A stretch of DNA of 49,405 bases, taken from positions 1-49,405 of IMG/VR virus record IMGVR_UViG_3300020056_001855; one strand, written 5' to 3'. Below are positions 46,777 to 49,405 of this stretch, one piece after another. This DNA comes from a virus (Duplodnaviria > Caudoviricetes). Both the position numbers and the translations under genes were made by a program. The notes beneath the pieces were generated by a model. It saw only the letters and a list, made by a program, of their open reading frames with translations, ran no database searches and was not told the origin of the DNA. Numbering within the stretch: position 1 is the stretch's first letter; each line of letters opens with the position of its first letter.

Positions 46777-47430
46777 ATGCCATTACAAACTATAAATGTG
46801 GGCTTGGTTGCAAATGACGGCACTGGAGATGATTTAAGAGAAGCATTTATCAAAGTGAATGAAAACTTTGATGAACTAGATCTAAGAACAGAATCTACAA
46901 CTGCCGTTAATACAGGAACTGGGGCGGAAGTTTTCAAAGCAATCAATAACAGTGAATTGAGTTTTAGATCTCTCGTTGGAGGTAATGCTATTACAATTAC
47001 CGAAAATGATAACGACATAACAATTAGTAGCCAAGCAGGTCAATTTATTTTTAGAGACAATGCAGATACTAGTATACTTACTGGTGCAGGCAGTATTGTT
47101 AACGTTGACGGTAGAAATGCTGCGGTAGTAACAGTTGATGGCAACACAGATCCTCAAAAAATTATAATTGATACAAAATTATCTTACGATAGCCAACCAG
47201 AACTTGCAGGTAATCTTAATGCAAGATTTTTTAGTCTTTTCAACCTTACTGCAATTAATGGCAATATTCAAATGTCCGAATTAGAAAAAGCATTTGGTTT
47301 TGACTTTGGTGGTTTTACTAATGTAAGAACCAGTATATTCGATTTTATTTTGAATGAAAGAGATGTTGATTTTGGAACATTAGATCAACCAGCTAGGAGT
47401 GTAGTTGACTTTGGCGCTATAGGAGGTTAA
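46777..47430 (+). CDS. virion protein with gp9/gp10-like N-terminus
   Basis: INVGLVANDGTGDDLREAFIKVNENFDEL; C-terminal DFG repeats. Confidence 0.8.
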   Translation: MPLQTINVGLVANDGTGDDLREAFIKVNENFDELDLRTESTTAVNTGTGAEVFKAINNSELSFRSLVGGNAITITENDNDITISSQAGQFIFRDNADTSILTGAGSIVNVDGRNAAVVTVDGNTDPQKIIIDTKLSYDSQPELAGNLNARFFSLFNLTAINGNIQMSELEKAFGFDFGGFTNVRTSIFDFILNERDVDFGTLDQPARSVVDFGAIGG

Positions 47431-47431
47431 T

Positions 47432-49405
47432 ATGGCATTACCTGAATGGACAGTTGGCTCAGGATACAGCTTCGGAGAATTTGAAGAACGAACTTCTATA
47501 AGCATTGATTTACCGTTAGGTAATCCTGATGATGTAACAACCAAAGTCATTTCAGGTCAACTTCCTCCAGGACTAGCTTTGGCAAATAATACCTTATTTG
47601 GTAATCCATTTGAAGTAAGTGTTTTTTCGGCGTTTGAATTTTGTATAAGAGCAACTTCAGCAGAGGGTATTTCAGATAGAACATTTAAAATGTTTATCAC
47701 CGGACCCGATGATGTAGAATGGATTACACCAGAAGGATCATTAAGAGTTGGACCTGAACCATCAGGACAATATTGGTTTGATGCAACTACCACAATATGG
47801 GGTATAAAATATTGGAATGGTGCAGAATATATAGATCAAGATGTGAGTGTAATCATTGGTAAGCCAACAACATTAGAGTCTTACAGTACAAATATACTTG
47901 CAAGTTTTGATAAAGGTGTAAGCAGATTTTATGTTTTCAAAAATGAAAGATGGTATGAATTAGATACTAATACATTAAGCGTGGTATTCAACGAAGATAA
48001 TATTGTAAAATCGCAGTTCGCACAGCCGCCTAATGCTACCACAGATTACTGGTGGAAATTAGGTGACAGTAATAACGGATTTAATCCAAAAATTAGAAAG
48101 TATAATGCACAATTAGATGATTTTATTGAAGTAGATACAGTTGTAAGTTTTATTGAACCAGAAAATCCAGCAGACGATTTAATATGGTTTGAAGTATTTG
48201 CTGACACTACCTTTTATAATATAAAACGTTTTGATAGAGAAGAAGGTACATTTGTGCTTTTATCATATGAAGCAGGTCCAACAGCACCAACAAGTAATCA
48301 GCCGACTACATATATTTTAGACAATGCATATGTTGATTTTCAATTAGAAGCAATTGATACAGATACTCGAACTGGTTTTGAACTAGAATATTTTATTGCA
48401 GACGGTGATGGTAGATTGCCAGGTGGTTTAACACTAAGTAAAGATGGCAGGATTACTGGATTTGTAGATCCTATTTTAGCTTTAGATGTTGAAGCAGAAC
48501 CTGGTTACGACATGAATATCTTTGATAGTTATCCTATTGACTGGGGTGTACCAGACGGTGACGGATTTGATAGTTATTTGTATGATGTGCAAAACTATGA
48601 ATTTGGTGTTGCAACAAAGCAACCAAAAAAAATTAATCGCAATTATGAATTTATTGTAAGTGTGAACGATGGTGTTAATGTTACAAAAAGAAAATTTAGT
48701 ATATATGTTGTAGGTGATGATTTTGTAAGAGCAGATAATACTATAATTAAGGCAGCCAGTGGTGTGTACAATGCCGATGCTACATATTTACGTTCTCCTA
48801 TTTGGTTAACAAATAGTAATTTAGGATTCAAACGTGCAGACAATTATACAACATTGAATCTAGAAGTTTATGATCCTAACAGTTTACTAGGTCCTATTAG
48901 TTATATTTTAGAAACAGTAAACAATGATGGTACGGAAAGTATATTACCTCCAGGATTAGAACTAGATGGCTCAAATGGGGAAATTGCTGGACGTATAGGT
49001 TATCAACCACAAAGTCAAAAAAACTATAAATTTACTATCAGAGCAGAGCGCAGTGAAACTGATGATGAAATAGTAGAAGTAAACGCTTTAATCAATTATG
49101 ATATTAGAGCAGGATTAAGTAGTTTTAGAGTAGCTAAATTACCTGCAGGTGATTTAGAATTATTGCGTGGAAGAAATATAACAATTGAAAATAGATCTTA
49201 TGTAGTCAAAAATGTAGAAGAAAGACAAGATTATGATGTAATTAGTTTAGACGAAGCATTATTTCCTACATTTCAGGCTCAAAGTTTAAAATTATACACT
49301 GATGGTGCTAATGGCAATAATTATTTCTTTGTAGACAAACTTACTGAAGAAAGCAAAGAATTTTATAGAAATAGATTTTTAAATTATAGTAGTGCAGAAG
49401 AATAC
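47432..49405 (+). CDS. large structural protein with Ig-like repeats (truncated at window end; not in ORF track)
   Basis: AGGAGG RBS; MALPEWTVGSG...SGQLPPGL..G.P, DGRLPGGLTL..G.I.G, LPPGLEL..GEIAG repeats; appears open to the end of the window. Confidence 0.8.
   Translation, partial: MALPEWTVGSGYSFGEFEERTSISIDLPLGNPDDVTTKVISGQLPPGLALANNTLFGNPFEVSVFSAFEFCIRATSAEGISDRTFKMFITGPDDVEWITPEGSLRVGPEPSGQYWFDATTTIWGIKYWNGAEYIDQDVSVIIGKPTTLESYSTNILASFDKGVSRFYVFKNERWYELDTNTLSVVFNEDNIVKSQFAQPPNATTDYWWKLGDSNNGFNPKIRKYNAQLDDFIEVDTVVSFIEPENPADDLIWFEVFADTTFYNIKRFDREEGTFVLLSYEAGPTAPTSNQPTTYILDNAYVDFQLEAIDTDTRTGFELEYFIADGDGRLPGGLTLSKDGRITGFVDPILALDVEAEPGYDMNIFDSYPIDWGVPDGDGFDSYLYDVQNYEFGVATKQPKKINRNYEFIVSVNDGVNVTKRKFSIYVVGDDFVRADNTIIKAASGVYNADATYLRSPIWLTNSNLGFKRADNYTTLNLEVYDPNSLLGPISYILETVNNDGTESILPPGLELDGSNGEIAGRIGYQPQSQKNYKFTIRAERSETDDEIVEVNALINYDIRAGLSSFRVAKLPAGDLELLRGRNITIENRSYVVKNVEERQDYDVISLDEALFPTFQAQSLKLYTDGANGNNYFFVDKLTEESKEFYRNRFLNYSSAEEY

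Noticed and set aside
244-48843. Many short minus-strand and alternative-frame ORFs in the track
   Set aside because: They lie inside well-supported + strand genes and have no RBS or motifs. Only 34598..34885 and 34885..35670 are accepted on the minus strand.
1-49405. CRISPR array, integrase/transposase, intron or intein
   Set aside because: No regularly spaced repeats, recombinase motifs or interrupted conserved genes were seen by eye.
1-49405. Stop-codon reassignment
   Set aside because: TAA, TAG and TGA all end genes at tight junctions, conserved proteins are full length in code 11, and no suppressor tRNA is present.

Overview
AT-rich, gene-dense segment of a large tailed (T4-superfamily-like or jumbo) bacteriophage genome, almost all on the + strand and read in the standard code. 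Bases ~1-36,100 form an accessory region. It holds seven radical-SAM genes interleaved with four SGNH-like hydrolases, 2OG/Fe oxygenase-like genes, glycosyl- and sulfotransferases and an NDP-sugar epimerase/C-methyltransferase pair. It also holds translation-related genes (infA, tilS, an L7/L12-like ORF, 4 tRNAs), clpP, queD, uvsE, an IscA/HesB Fe-S carrier and a coupled DGQHR + HNH-like + HNH-like operon. Bases ~36,100-49,405 encode virion structural proteins: a 2397-aa tail/baseplate protein, fibre-like proteins, an S8 protease and a truncated Ig-like protein. Two promoter classes are visible: sigma70-like TTGACA-N17-TAnnnT (early) and T4-late-like (T)ATAAATA, the latter often only 4-5 nt before an ATG. 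The best candidates for something new are: (i) a preQ1-I-like pseudoknot plus SD-sequestering hairpin in the queD leader; (ii) the methylase-less DGQHR/HNH/HNH operon; (iii) the late-promoter-driven radical-SAM/SGNH tailoring arrays; (iv) a pseudoknotted ~76-nt RNA before the tRNA cluster; (v) a tRNA-Trp carrying G3.U70 and an A8/U14 swap. All assignments come from motifs read by eye; no database search was run.
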